Part shown: piece after piece, positions 43,101 to 55,100 of the stretch
Layout of the letters: each line of letters begins with the position of its first letter
Numbering within the stretch: the stretch's first letter is position 1
DNA from: Octopus bimaculoides
Taxonomy: Eukaryota
Length of the DNA stretch: 64,000 nucleotides
Assembly: GCF_001194135.2 (NCBI RefSeq)
Contig: NC_068986.1
Coordinates: forward strand, 91,575,360 to 91,639,359
Reading direction: 5' to 3'
Notes under the pieces: model-generated
Database searches by the model: none
The model's input: only the letters and a program-made list of their open reading frames with translations
Told to the model about the DNA's origin: nothing
Translations under genes and position numbers: made by a program

Positions 43101-46100
43101 GATATTTATAGACTTTTGCTGTGAGGAAAAAGAGAGGGTTAACGCTTTGGATAGGACCACAAAAGGGTTTTGTCTAAATCATTAGAAGGGTCTTCTTCAA
43201 TTCTAGTTTGCAAAATTGAATCAATTATATTGCCAATTCAAGTCAAAGTAATTTATTCAATTTGCAAAACTATTTGTATTTATTGTTTGCCAACACAGAA
43301 AATGACTGGCTCTTAGTTTTCCTCTAGACTACCTAAAGACAAAAATGAAATGTGCTGCAGAATTGAACCAAAGATCACATGGCTCACTGTTCAATACCAT
43401 ATTCACTTAAAAATACCTTTAACACACAAGTCAAAGACACCACCTCTACACAGTTGCTATATCTACTAGATAAAGCAACTGTGTAGAGGCTCGCAGCTTT
43501 GTCATTAAATGAAGATTTTATCAAATATTTCCATCTTCACTACAATGTTCCAAGAATAAAACACCTGAAGACAACTGGAGATCAAACCAATAAAAACAAA
43601 GTGTAGATAAATTCCGTAAAATGTTCATCATTAAAAATGAAAAGTTAATAATAATAATAAATGAAGTTAATATAATATTATCTTATTAACTCTTCTCAGC
43701 TATTTCAAACATTTGAATCTTTCTGACAATTCAGACCATATCAAGAAAATAAAAACACTGCCTGCAGTGATCAGGAGGTCAAGGGTATATTCATACAGAA
43801 ACTATGGTAGGTGAGACTAGTCAAAAAGAACAAAAGCTTAGTCAAAACTTGAACGTTGGCATCATTAAGCCAGCACCTTGAGTATACGGTCATCACTTAG
43901 CATAATAAATTGGATGTAAAGAAATCAATTTGACCATCAGAAAAGAAATAACAAAATGAACAAGAAAATAATGTTGTGGGTCTCACCTTTCTTTTGGAAC
44001 ACGAGTCTTTTTAGTTTTCCGTACAGTGATAGATAGTTCTTGGATCCAGTCACAGCCTTGAATATTCTCCAGCTTCATTTTTGGAGCAGAAGACACTCGC
44101 TCAGTAGTGTTAAATCCTGGATATGGAATGTTATCAAATAAAGATTTGATGGATTTCACTTTCTGTTTGTCAAACATTGTCGTGTTGTTCAGAGTTGTGG
44201 ATTTCTTTTTGTTTTCAGACGCCTAACAAAAGATAACACATTTAAACATATCACACTGAAAGATGAAGAAATTAATAAGTATTAGATTTTTTTCCTGACA
44301 CAGTTGCAAAATTAAAATTCCACTTTCGTCTATTTTATTTGTGCATATACAGACATTTATGTATATCTATAAATGTGCTTGTTCATTTTATTTCATACTA
44401 GCAACATAATCGTTTAATGTCCACCTTCCATGCATGCATGGGTAGGATGGTTCACAGGAGCTGGCCAGGTAGAAAAACTACCCTATGCTACTCTGTCTGT
44501 TTTGGCGGGGTTTTCACAGTTGAATGCCCTTCTTAACACCAACCACTCTGCAGTGTGGACGCAGTGCTTTTTACATGGCACTAGCACATGCAAAGTTAGT
44601 TTTGGTAGGATTTTTACAGCTGGATGCCCTTCCAAATGCCAACTAATTTACAGTGTGGACTGGATGCTTTTAACATGGCACAAGCACTGGCAGGGTAACC
44701 AAGTAACTCACAAGACATGGTTGGAAGATTATATATTGAGGTACTGTTTTACAGCCACATGCCTCTCCTGTTGCTAACCTTTATTTTTCAAGTAAGAGAC
44801 TTTTCGTAAAAAGTGGGTGTACATACACACAAGGCCTCAAAAAGCACTTTTATGCCTGTGTATGTATGTGATGTGCAACCTATTGGAGCATTTGTTTTTA
44901 CAGAAGAATGACTTTCTAATTACTCTAAATTAATTGGCAACTGAGCAGAGAAAGTGTAAAGTTGACAGGACCTTTTAGTCCTGTCTTGTCATGGAAGCGT
45001 CAATCTCTCCAGGACTGGTACTACAAGAAAATGCACTCAGTACACTCCATAAAGTGGTTGGCAATAAGAAGGGCATCAAGTTGTAGAAAGCAAACCAAAA
45101 TGATAAGTATGGGTACCAGTCTATGAGAGCAATAGCACCCTATAAATGATTCAGATTAAGACAATTCATCCAACCCATACCAGCATGGAAAGTGAAAGAT
45201 GATTACAATAATTATTACCTGAGTTTTATCTGGAGAATCTTCTCCTTTGGTAAAGAACCCTTTGATGTGCAAAAGGAATGACCGAGATTTAGAGTTGAGC
45301 AGCTGGGGGCTGGTTAAGGTAACCAAGGCACTGCTACCTGACAAATCAAGACATGAAGACACCGGTAAAGGTCCACACAAAATTTCTGCATTGAGCATTT
45401 CTAAGAATAGGGGATCCAGCACATTATTCACTTCAGACTTCCCATTAAAGGTGGAATCATTCAAGAGATTAGGCCTTGGGTGTAAGTTGAAATCAAGTTT
45501 TTGGTCCACTTCAACAACAAAGGGTTTAGGGTCTATTGTCACAGAAGACACAAAGTCTGAAGTTGTTGGATTTTGCGATGTAGCAGTAGATAAATTCAAA
45601 CCATTTTTAGCACCGGTGGTGGTGGTGGTTGGGGTGGGGGTTGTAGTGGAAGTGGAGGTGGTGGTGGTGGTGGTTGTAGACTCCTTCTCTGACAAGGTGG
45701 AAGTTGAAGTATCTGGGGCAGCAGGAGGCTGTTGTTTCCCTATGTTGCCTATGTTCTGTTTGAGGAGTGTCACTTGGATATTCGGAAGAGTGTTGTACAT
45801 GTTCATGAGGAGGGTAAACTTGACGTCTATATGACCCACTGTACAAGGCCTTGGAAGGACTAGTTCAAACAAATGTTCATCCCATGTATTGCTGCAGAAA
45901 CAAAAGAAATGGAATAAGACAGACAAACAGACCATGTTTAATCTTAAAACATTAATCAACATGATGGACATAAACCACAAACCAAATTTAGTGACAAATC
46001 ACAAACCTTGTTTCAGTTTAAATACTTTACAGCATATACATCTAACTGTATCAGTTTTATATATTTGTTTCACTATTTTAGGTTTTCTTCCCTAAACAGT

Positions 46101-49100
46101 ATGTGGTCTGGGTCAATATTGAGATGTGCACCCTTACCAAAGCATTCGTTTTTTTTCATATGACTTTCCCTATTTGCAATCATTCAACCAATAAGAACAA
46201 GTGGAATTACTCACTTAAGCAAACCAAATACAGTATCATGTGTACTAGATAATGGAAACAATGATTGTGGTTAAGCTTAAACTCATAAACATGTAATCAT
46301 TAGTCCATTGTACTTGCTACCAATGGCTGTTCCTTCATATCATCTTGCATATATTACTACTCCATTTATATAGATCCCTAACCAACCTACTCCACTGTGA
46401 CAATGTTCTGTATTTAGGATATAGCTATCACATATGAAGCTTCATTGAATTTTGCCCACAGTGGGAGGAAAGAGACATTAAGTAACAATACAAATAATGT
46501 GTTACCTTTCAGGCTGTAGTTTCCATGTTCGCGTGTGCTGTGTTGCTTCGCCTTGTTGCTGAAGATGTTGAGGGTGACGCCTCTGCTGCTGTTCCTGTTG
46601 TATTTCAGCCCAACATGGTGAGACTGTGGCACTGAAACGTGGCATGAGGTTCTCAAACTCAGTTAGCGAGTGCAACCTCATCAGTTTCTCTGTTGTTAAT
46701 GGTTCGGCAAAGAGGGATTCCTCAGCTGAAAGATATATTTAGGTAAGTAGGAAGATTTAAAATCAGGATTAACAAAAGTTTTGAACCTTACACAGTTTAA
46801 AAAAATTTTTTTAAATCAAGTTTACAAGAAGAACTATAGCATAATTGACTAAATTAAAAAAAGAAAATTTAGCTGGCTAAGACCACTGAGATAACAAAAG
46901 CTTTCAACCCATGTACTTTCAACTTGGTACTCTATCACTCAACAACCAAAACCACCAAGCTGTATCCAAGCACTGTAGTATCGTACAGCTCACTATTGTT
47001 GTTACTGAGAGTATCAGTACATCAGTCAGTTGTTTTAAAATTACACAGCTGGGCTCAGATGTTGAGTTAATTTGAAGTTTGAAGGATAGAATAGTGGGAA
47101 AGAAAAACACACTTCTGTGTATCTTCCTTTAAATCTTCACCTGGAAATCTAGTTTCCAAATAGTACACACAATTTAAAAGGTTATACATACAAGTAGTAA
47201 ATATTTGGGTAAGTATTTGGATACACTACTGCAAAACAAAATTGCAGAAAACCAAAAGTATTTCCAAAAACAATGCTAATTAATATCCAATTACTTACTG
47301 GCAGTCTGTTTGGTCTTTTGATGTTCATTAACTTCATCATTACCAGCATCAACAGAGTCCAGATCACTCAATGCCTCTTTGTTGTTGAATATACCACAGT
47401 TGGACATTTCTAATATGGCAGGGTTTTGTTCAGACAGTTGATAGAAATGTAGCTTACCACCCATTGTGCATGCACACAATCGATCAAGTCCTACGTTTGG
47501 AGCCAATGACAAATAAAAACAAAAGTAGAAAAGAAAAGTGGTTAATTCAAACTGAATAAGAAAATGATTGACAAACTGAATAAAAAAATGATTACAGATA
47601 TAAATCAAAATTTTGATAGACAGCAGGCTGATAGATTGACAATTATCCTTTTAGCATTAAATACTGTGTTCTGAAAATAGCTATACTAAATAATGTCTTG
47701 CTTTTCTGACTTATTCTTAATGGGATAAATAAACCAATAGAATAAGTACTAGGCTTACAAAGAATAAGCTCCGAGGTCAATTTGCTCGACTAAAGGTGGT
47801 GTTCCAGCATAGCAGCAGTCAAATGACTGAAACAAGTAAAAGAATAAAAGAATATAGGAAATGATAGTGGGTTTGCTTCTTGTAAGTTTTTAAGGTCAAT
47901 TGGCAGTTTGGGTAGTTTAGTTGATTTTTTAAAATCTATTTTACTTAGTAAAACTAGCTATCTTGGTCATACAAAAATATAATGGGTTCATACCAAATTA
48001 TGACTGATGCAAATGGCGTAATTGTTTATCATTCAGCCAAGTTGCTAAATATTGCATTGCAGTACACACAACAAACACTGGTATCCAGTCCTTTTCTTGT
48101 TCTTACAATCAAAATCCTTGATACTATCACTATGTTTCTTTGCAGTTACAAAGAAGGAAAATACTGTCCATAGACATAAAAAAAGTTGTGCATTGATTCA
48201 CACAAGCAGCACAGCCATTTGAAAACTTCTGAATTACTGCACAAGACCTACAAAACTAATTAGAGTATATAGCTTGTGATATGTTCATCCTGTCACATGA
48301 TATGATTGCCCTGTTACATGAAAAGAGGCAAGACAATTTATATATACATTAAGAGCAATATTTTTTTTACTTGTTTCAGTCATTTGACTGTGGCCATGCT
48401 GGAGCACCGCCTTTAGTCGAGCAAATCGACCCCATGACTTTTTCTTTGTAAGCCTGGTACTTATTCTATCGGATCTTTTGCCGAACCGCTAAGTTACGGG
48501 GACGTAAACACACCACCATCAGTTGTAAAGCGATGTTGGAGGGACAAACACAGACACAAACACACACACACACACACATATATATACATATACATATATA
48601 CGACGGGCTTCTTTCAGTTTCCGTCTACCAAATCCACTCACAAGGCTTTGGTCAGCCCGAGGATATAGTAGATGACACTTACCCAAGGTGCCACGCAGTG
48701 GGACTGAACCCGGAACCATGTGGTTGGTAAGCAAGCTACTTACCACACAGCCACTCCTACGCCTATATAAACTAAAATTTAATTTCACAAAATCTGGGGA
48801 CAACAGGATAATTCTAGATTTAAAATTGAAGTACCAAAATGACCTAAAAATTCTTATTTGTTTCCGGTAACAAAATTTCTACTACTTAGAGTCATAGATC
48901 AACTTGATTAGGGTTCACCTAGAGTGAACTACAACAGAACATCATCAACAGAAGAAAAAGAGGAAAACCTCCTACCATCACATATTCATCATGTATAACT
49001 GCTTCACCTTTTGCTATTAATTTGTTTGCTTATGTTGAAAGTATTATGGCAAATGTAAACATGAAAAACTGTTTCAATAAAAAAATAGCCTCATAGACAA

Positions 49101-52100
49101 TATGTGTCCTGATTATTTAAGATGCCATATGCATGCAGGTGGCTGTAACAGTTTCAGTAAGTTCTAGCCTATCATATACCACAAGTAGATTGCAAAATCA
49201 CAGCTAAAAACAAATAATCACATTTTACACGTTTGGTTAGAAACCTCAAATTAATTCTTAAACATTACTGAGAGTAGAAGACTGTAGCAGAGAACAACAA
49301 AGGAAATTGTGAGAAGTGTTAGGAACATATCAGGATTCTGGGCCTCACTGATGAAATAATGCAGGATAAAAAGAAGAGGCAATTTGCTAAATTGCAAACC
49401 ATTCAAACATGTTAAAATGATAGCATCTCTCTCTAACAATAATAGAAGGAAAAAAAAAAACAAAGGTAAATTCAAAATGGAGGCAAACATAATATGATGG
49501 ATATAGCCATAATTATTTTGCAGTACTAATATAATCTTTAAAAATCTTTCCTCATTATTGTAGAAAATTAGGACCTCAAAAGAAATGTACTGTATTTGAT
49601 GGCCAGGCATATCAGATATACCCCATTTTCAACAGTGCATATTCAGCAACGAAGTTTTTAGACCATTAAAGCAAGTAATACTCAAAGCAATCTAGGTCCA
49701 ACTTCACATATAGGAAAATGCGTGATTTTTTTTTTTTTGTTGAGACTTAAAAAAAAAAAAAAAGTGTATCTCATCATCATCATTTCATGTCCATTTTCCA
49801 TGCTGGCATGGGTTGGGCAGTTTGACTGGCACTGGTAAGGCCAGGGGTTGCACCAAGCTCCATAGTCTGTTTTTGGCATGGTCTCATGGATGCCCTTTCT
49901 AACACCAACCACTCCACAGAGTGTACCGGGCACCAGCATGAGTGCTTTTCACAGAGCACCAGCACAGGTATCAATTCTACTGTGGTGGATGATGCCACCA
50001 AATACAATTTCTAAAAGCATAAAAAGGTTCACATGGTATTTTACCAAAAATATAAAAATGGATGTTAAATGATGATGATGATGACAAAATTACTTTTGCA
50101 GATTTTCACTGAAGACATATAAAATGACAAAAAAAAAAAAAAAAGTATTGTCTTCAAAGTTATATTCTAAATATGCTCACTATTTTCTTAGCAAAACAAT
50201 TTCTAACTGAGAGATGTAAGATGATTAAACATACATACCTGTACAACAAGTAAGTGATGTAAATTTATCACCTTCTTCAGGTTCAATCTGAGCCACAGAC
50301 GTTAAAGTAGAAAGGTCCCAGAGTTTTATGTGTCCATTGTATAAAACTGTACCAAAGAGTCCATGTGGTTCAGATGAACGAGAATGGTGGTTGTCTATGG
50401 AAGTTGAGTCTTCATCTTCTGCTTGACCCATGAATTCATTGGGGATAACAGCTAAGTTAACCACTGACTCAAACACTGATGGTATTAGCAATGAGTTAAC
50501 AGGAGTTTCTTCAATGCGAACATGTTCGTGGTCAAAGTTCAGTCTGTAGACAAGTATAGTGCCACTAGCTGGAGTGTCAGCCAGCAGTGAAATGTTGTTG
50601 CTATTGGTGGCTGTTTCAGCTGACTGTCCTTGCTTGTTGGGGTTGTTGGGGCTATTTGCCTTTGACAAATTCTTGTTGTCAATGACAATAGAGAAACTAT
50701 CACAGATATTAACAGGGGACAAAACAACAATCACATAAAGTCCATCGGTTGTCAGATTAATGGAGCTGATCTTCAGAGTTTCAGACTGAAGGTTGCGTGG
50801 TAACTCCACACACTGCAGAATATGGCCATTTGGCAGCAATGGCTGTGTTTGTTTAAATAAATTGTCCATACTTAGTGACTTGTTGGCTTCACTGATATCA
50901 CTCATGCTTGAATTACTGTTGGACATTTTCGTATCCTCAAGGTTACTGTCCAATGTGGTTGTGTTAACCAATGGTTTCGATCCTGATCCTTCTTCAACCA
51001 GCAAAGCATCAGTGTCTGGTACGCTGTCAAACATTGGATCAAGCATGCCCCAATCCTGCGTCATCGCAATGGAACCTAATGTGGGTACAGATAGTTCATT
51101 GCCACTAGTTGATGGCTTGGAATTGTTGTCCTGTGGTTTTACACTGGGGGCCTTTTCATGCCAAATAGCAACAACAATGATAAAGGGGAGAAATACCATC
51201 CGATCTAAAAGGGTCACATTATCACAATCATCCAAGAGATCGGGGATAATTTTTGGTGGTAAAGTGTCACTACTGACCACCTCATTCACCTTGTTCATAA
51301 ACTGGACATCTGGCTTCACAGGAAAGTCAGCATTCAACTCTGTTTCATGGTGTAACACATTACAGGAAGGTCTGGTTTTGCGCAAAGACACCCCGCACAC
51401 CAGACTAGGTTGTGAAAGATACTTGGTGGAGGCACGCACATTACATTCACTGCTATTTCCATTACTGCATTCATTCCCCCCTCCTCCCTCACCAGCAGTC
51501 CCTCCTCCTTTTGATTCAATCATAAGATGATCTGGTTTTTCCATCATGCACAAAGAATGGACCTTAATATCCTGTGATGGTCTTGTTTGCTTCCAACACT
51601 TTTGATCTAAAGCAGAAAAAAAAAGAAAAGAAAACAGGTTTGCTCATTAAAAGTTTTGTCTCAAAAAATGGCTACTTTCAATTATCCTATTAGCCATGAA
51701 ATTTCCTAATATTACTGAGGGTAAAGAACATGAAAATATCAAGAGAAAATGGTGAAAATTTATTTTTTGGGGAAAAAAACAAAACAAATTTCTCTTACAA
51801 AGTGATCCAGAAAAATGCTGATAGTAACTCCAAGAAAAACGGGGAGATAAACTTCATTTGCCAATTATCTCAAAATTAACGATAAACTTACAACCATTTG
51901 TTTTTATTCTTCAGCTGCAACAGAAAAGATATTTCCTTTGCTAAACAATATAAAAAGGTAAAAAATTGTTCCCAGTTGAATATAGAAACAATAAAATGCC
52001 ATATCACATGGAAAGACACTGTTTAAAAAACATGACACATACAAAATAGAAACTGCCTGAAAAACTGCAAAACTCAAGGAAATTAAATTACATTCCTATG

Positions 52101-55100
52101 AAGGAAAAAAGATTTTAGTAAAATAATGGTTAATTATATAGTTAATTTGGTAAAATCCAAGAAAATCTGAGACCCCTGCTTCACAGTAACCTTCAGAGTT
52201 GTGGTCAATGCCAGTGCTGCCTGATTGGTGCTGTGCCAGTGGCACGTAAAAAGCACCATTCAAGTGTGGGTCGTTGCCAGTGCCGTCTGACTAGCTCCCA
52301 TGCCGGTGACATGTAAAAAGCACCATTTAAGCATGGTCAATGCCAGTACTGTCTGATTGGTCCTTGTGCTTGTGGCATGTAAAAAGCACCCACTACACTC
52401 TCTGAGTGGTTGGCGCAGAAACCTTGCCAGATCAGATTGGAGCCAGGTGCAGCCTTCTGGTTTGCCAGTCCTCAGTCAAACCGTCCAACCCATGCCAGCA
52501 TGGAAAGCAGACGTTAAACAACGATAAGCTCATTGTGGTTGGAGATCAGTCACCAAAATGTCAATGGACATTAGCTAAAAAATAAAAGTTCTGAGGTTGT
52601 CAATATCATGGTATCCTTTTTTAACATTTTATATACTTTTTAAGTGCATTACTGCATTCATTCTCCCCTCCTCCTTTTGATTCAATCATAAAATAGTCTG
52701 GCTTTTCCATCATGCAAATTGAACAAAGTTGCCTAAATTTAAAATAGAAGCATCACTTATTGGCCCAGGTATTTATTGGTGCACGGAATTAAAATCTGAA
52801 CAGTTAAAACAAAAGATATCCATCATATAGACAATCTAAGAGCTTGAAGTACTAGTAGTTTGATGGGTTGCACAACACTAGAGCTGTACACAAGTTTAAA
52901 CATACAAGTTTCCAGCATGGGAATCAAACCAAAAGATGTTTATCTTAGTGCACAGAATATGATGTAGACTTTAACACCTTTGGATATTACTTATTACATA
53001 CTCTATCACTGGATACGAGACATTTTGTGCTGCCTATTTGGCATTGCTGATTCAACACTGACTTACGTGACATCAGACGTTTTAATGTTTCTCATTCCCC
53101 ACCCCACCCCTCTTTCTCTGTTTATGTGTGAGCCTCGAGTTATGTTTGTATGTGTAATGTCTTTTGCTTTCTGCAAAACCCGCCCACCCACTCACTCTCT
53201 CTCTGTTTGCTATATTTCTGCACATGCATGTTTGCCTGCAGTGCCAAAACCATACTGCCACCAAAACAGGTTGAATGTGCAGTTAGCCATGTCACATCAT
53301 CGGTGCCCCCAACAGCTGCACGCAACTGTTCCATTCTGTCCTTCACTGAAGAAGTATATAATAAGTAGTTCAAGATCATAACCTAACATCCATTATTTTG
53401 CTAGAAAAAGACAAAAAAAAAACCCCAAGAGGTAAATCAAAATAATACTAACCTCTCGTGTAAAGTTCATCACTCAAAGGTATTTCTCGAGGATCTGTTA
53501 TATTGACAGCAACACACTCGGGAGTATAGCTCTCTTCAGTCAACAACTCATTGGGACAGCGGTCCCGCTCTGTCTTCAGCTGTTGGTCCATTCTGCTACA
53601 ATTACAAAGGAGAAAATTACTTAAAAGAACCAGAACTGTTTCTTCAAATTCTCACTAGTGTCTCCAAGATAATTTTGAGTCTATTAAAGATGTTATTGAA
53701 ATTATTACACAGAAATGATTATAAAAACCTAAATTAATGAGGTGTGTTGACTAGGTAAAACAGTGACAGTCAACAGAATGATCAAAATCACTAGTAAGTG
53801 AAAGAAGAGAAAAACAAAAGGTTGACTTTGACAGGTTTTGAAGTGCAAAAACAATAAAGCATCAAAAGCTGTCAAGAAGATGCATCTGCTTTTTGTCACC
53901 TGCACCAATTCCACCTTTAATAAATATTTAGTGAAACTGGAAAATTTAATTTAGTTTGTTAAGATCACAAATAGGTGCAGGAGTGACTGTGTGGTAAGTA
54001 GCTTGCTTACCAACCACATGGTTCTGGGTTCGGTGCCACGCAGTGGGCAAGTGTCTTCTACTATAGCCTCGGGCCGACCAAAGCCTTGTGAGTGGATTTG
54101 GTAGATGGAAAAACACAAAGAAACCTATCGTGTATATATATATATATATNNNNNNNNNNNNNNNNNNNNNNNNNNNNNNNNNNNNNNNNNNNNNNNNNNN
54201 NNNNNNNNNNNNNNNNNNNNNNNNNNNNNNNNNNNNNNNNNNNNNNNNNNNNNNNNNNNNNNNNNNNNNNNNNNNNNNNNNNNNNNNNNNNNNNNNNNNN
54301 NNNNNNNNNNNNNNNNNNNNNNNNNNNNNNNNNNNNNNNNNNNNNNNNNNNNNNNNNNNNNNNNNNNNNNNNNNNNNNNNNNNNNNNNNNNNNNNNNNNN
54401 NNNNNNNNNNNNNNNNNNNNNNNNNNNNNNNNNNNNNNNNNNNNNNNNNNNNNNNNNNNNNNNNNNNNNNNNNNNNNNNNNNNNNNNNNNNNNNNNNNNN
54501 NNNNNNNNNNNNNNNNNNNNNNNNNNNNNNNNNNNNNNNNNNNNNNNNNNNNNNNNNNNNNNNNNNNNNNNNNNNNNNNNNNNNNNNNNNNNNNNNNNNN
54601 NNNNNNNNNNNNNNNNNNNNNNNNNNNNNNNNNNNNNNNNNNNNNNNNNNNNNNNNNNNNNNNNNNNNNNNNNNNNNNNNNNNNNNNNNNNNNNNNNNNN
54701 NNNNNNNNNNNNNNATTTGGCAGAGTTTCTACAGCTGGATGCCCTTCCTAACGCCAACCACTCAGAGAGTGTAGTGGGTGCTTTTACGTGTCACCCGCAC
54801 AAAGGCCAGTCAGGCGGTACTGGCAACGGCCACGCTCAAAATGGTGTATTTTATGTGCCACCCGCACAAGAGCCAGTCCAGGGGCACTGGCAACGATCTC
54901 GCTCGAAAATCCTACAAAGGCCAGTCAGGCGGTACTGGCAATGGCCAAGCTCAAAATGGTGTATTTTATGTGCTACCCACACAAGAGCCAAGGGAAATAA
55001 AATGTCAGATTTTAATCCATTACAGAAAATAATTGAACAGCTTTCAATATAAAGAAGAGTATGAATTATCTTAACTGGTTAACTATTTAACTGTGAAGTA

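Noticed and set aside
50793-51530. 245-aa plus-strand ORF (likewise 45247..45834, 37673..37966, 14121..14474)
   Set aside because: Antisense shadows of BIRC6 exons; they coincide with the exons and show no recognisable domain
52195-52400. Regularly spaced palindromic repeats resembling a CRISPR array
   Set aside because: The sequence between repeats is also repeated, so it is a minisatellite in a retroposon tail; eukaryotic intron, no cas genes
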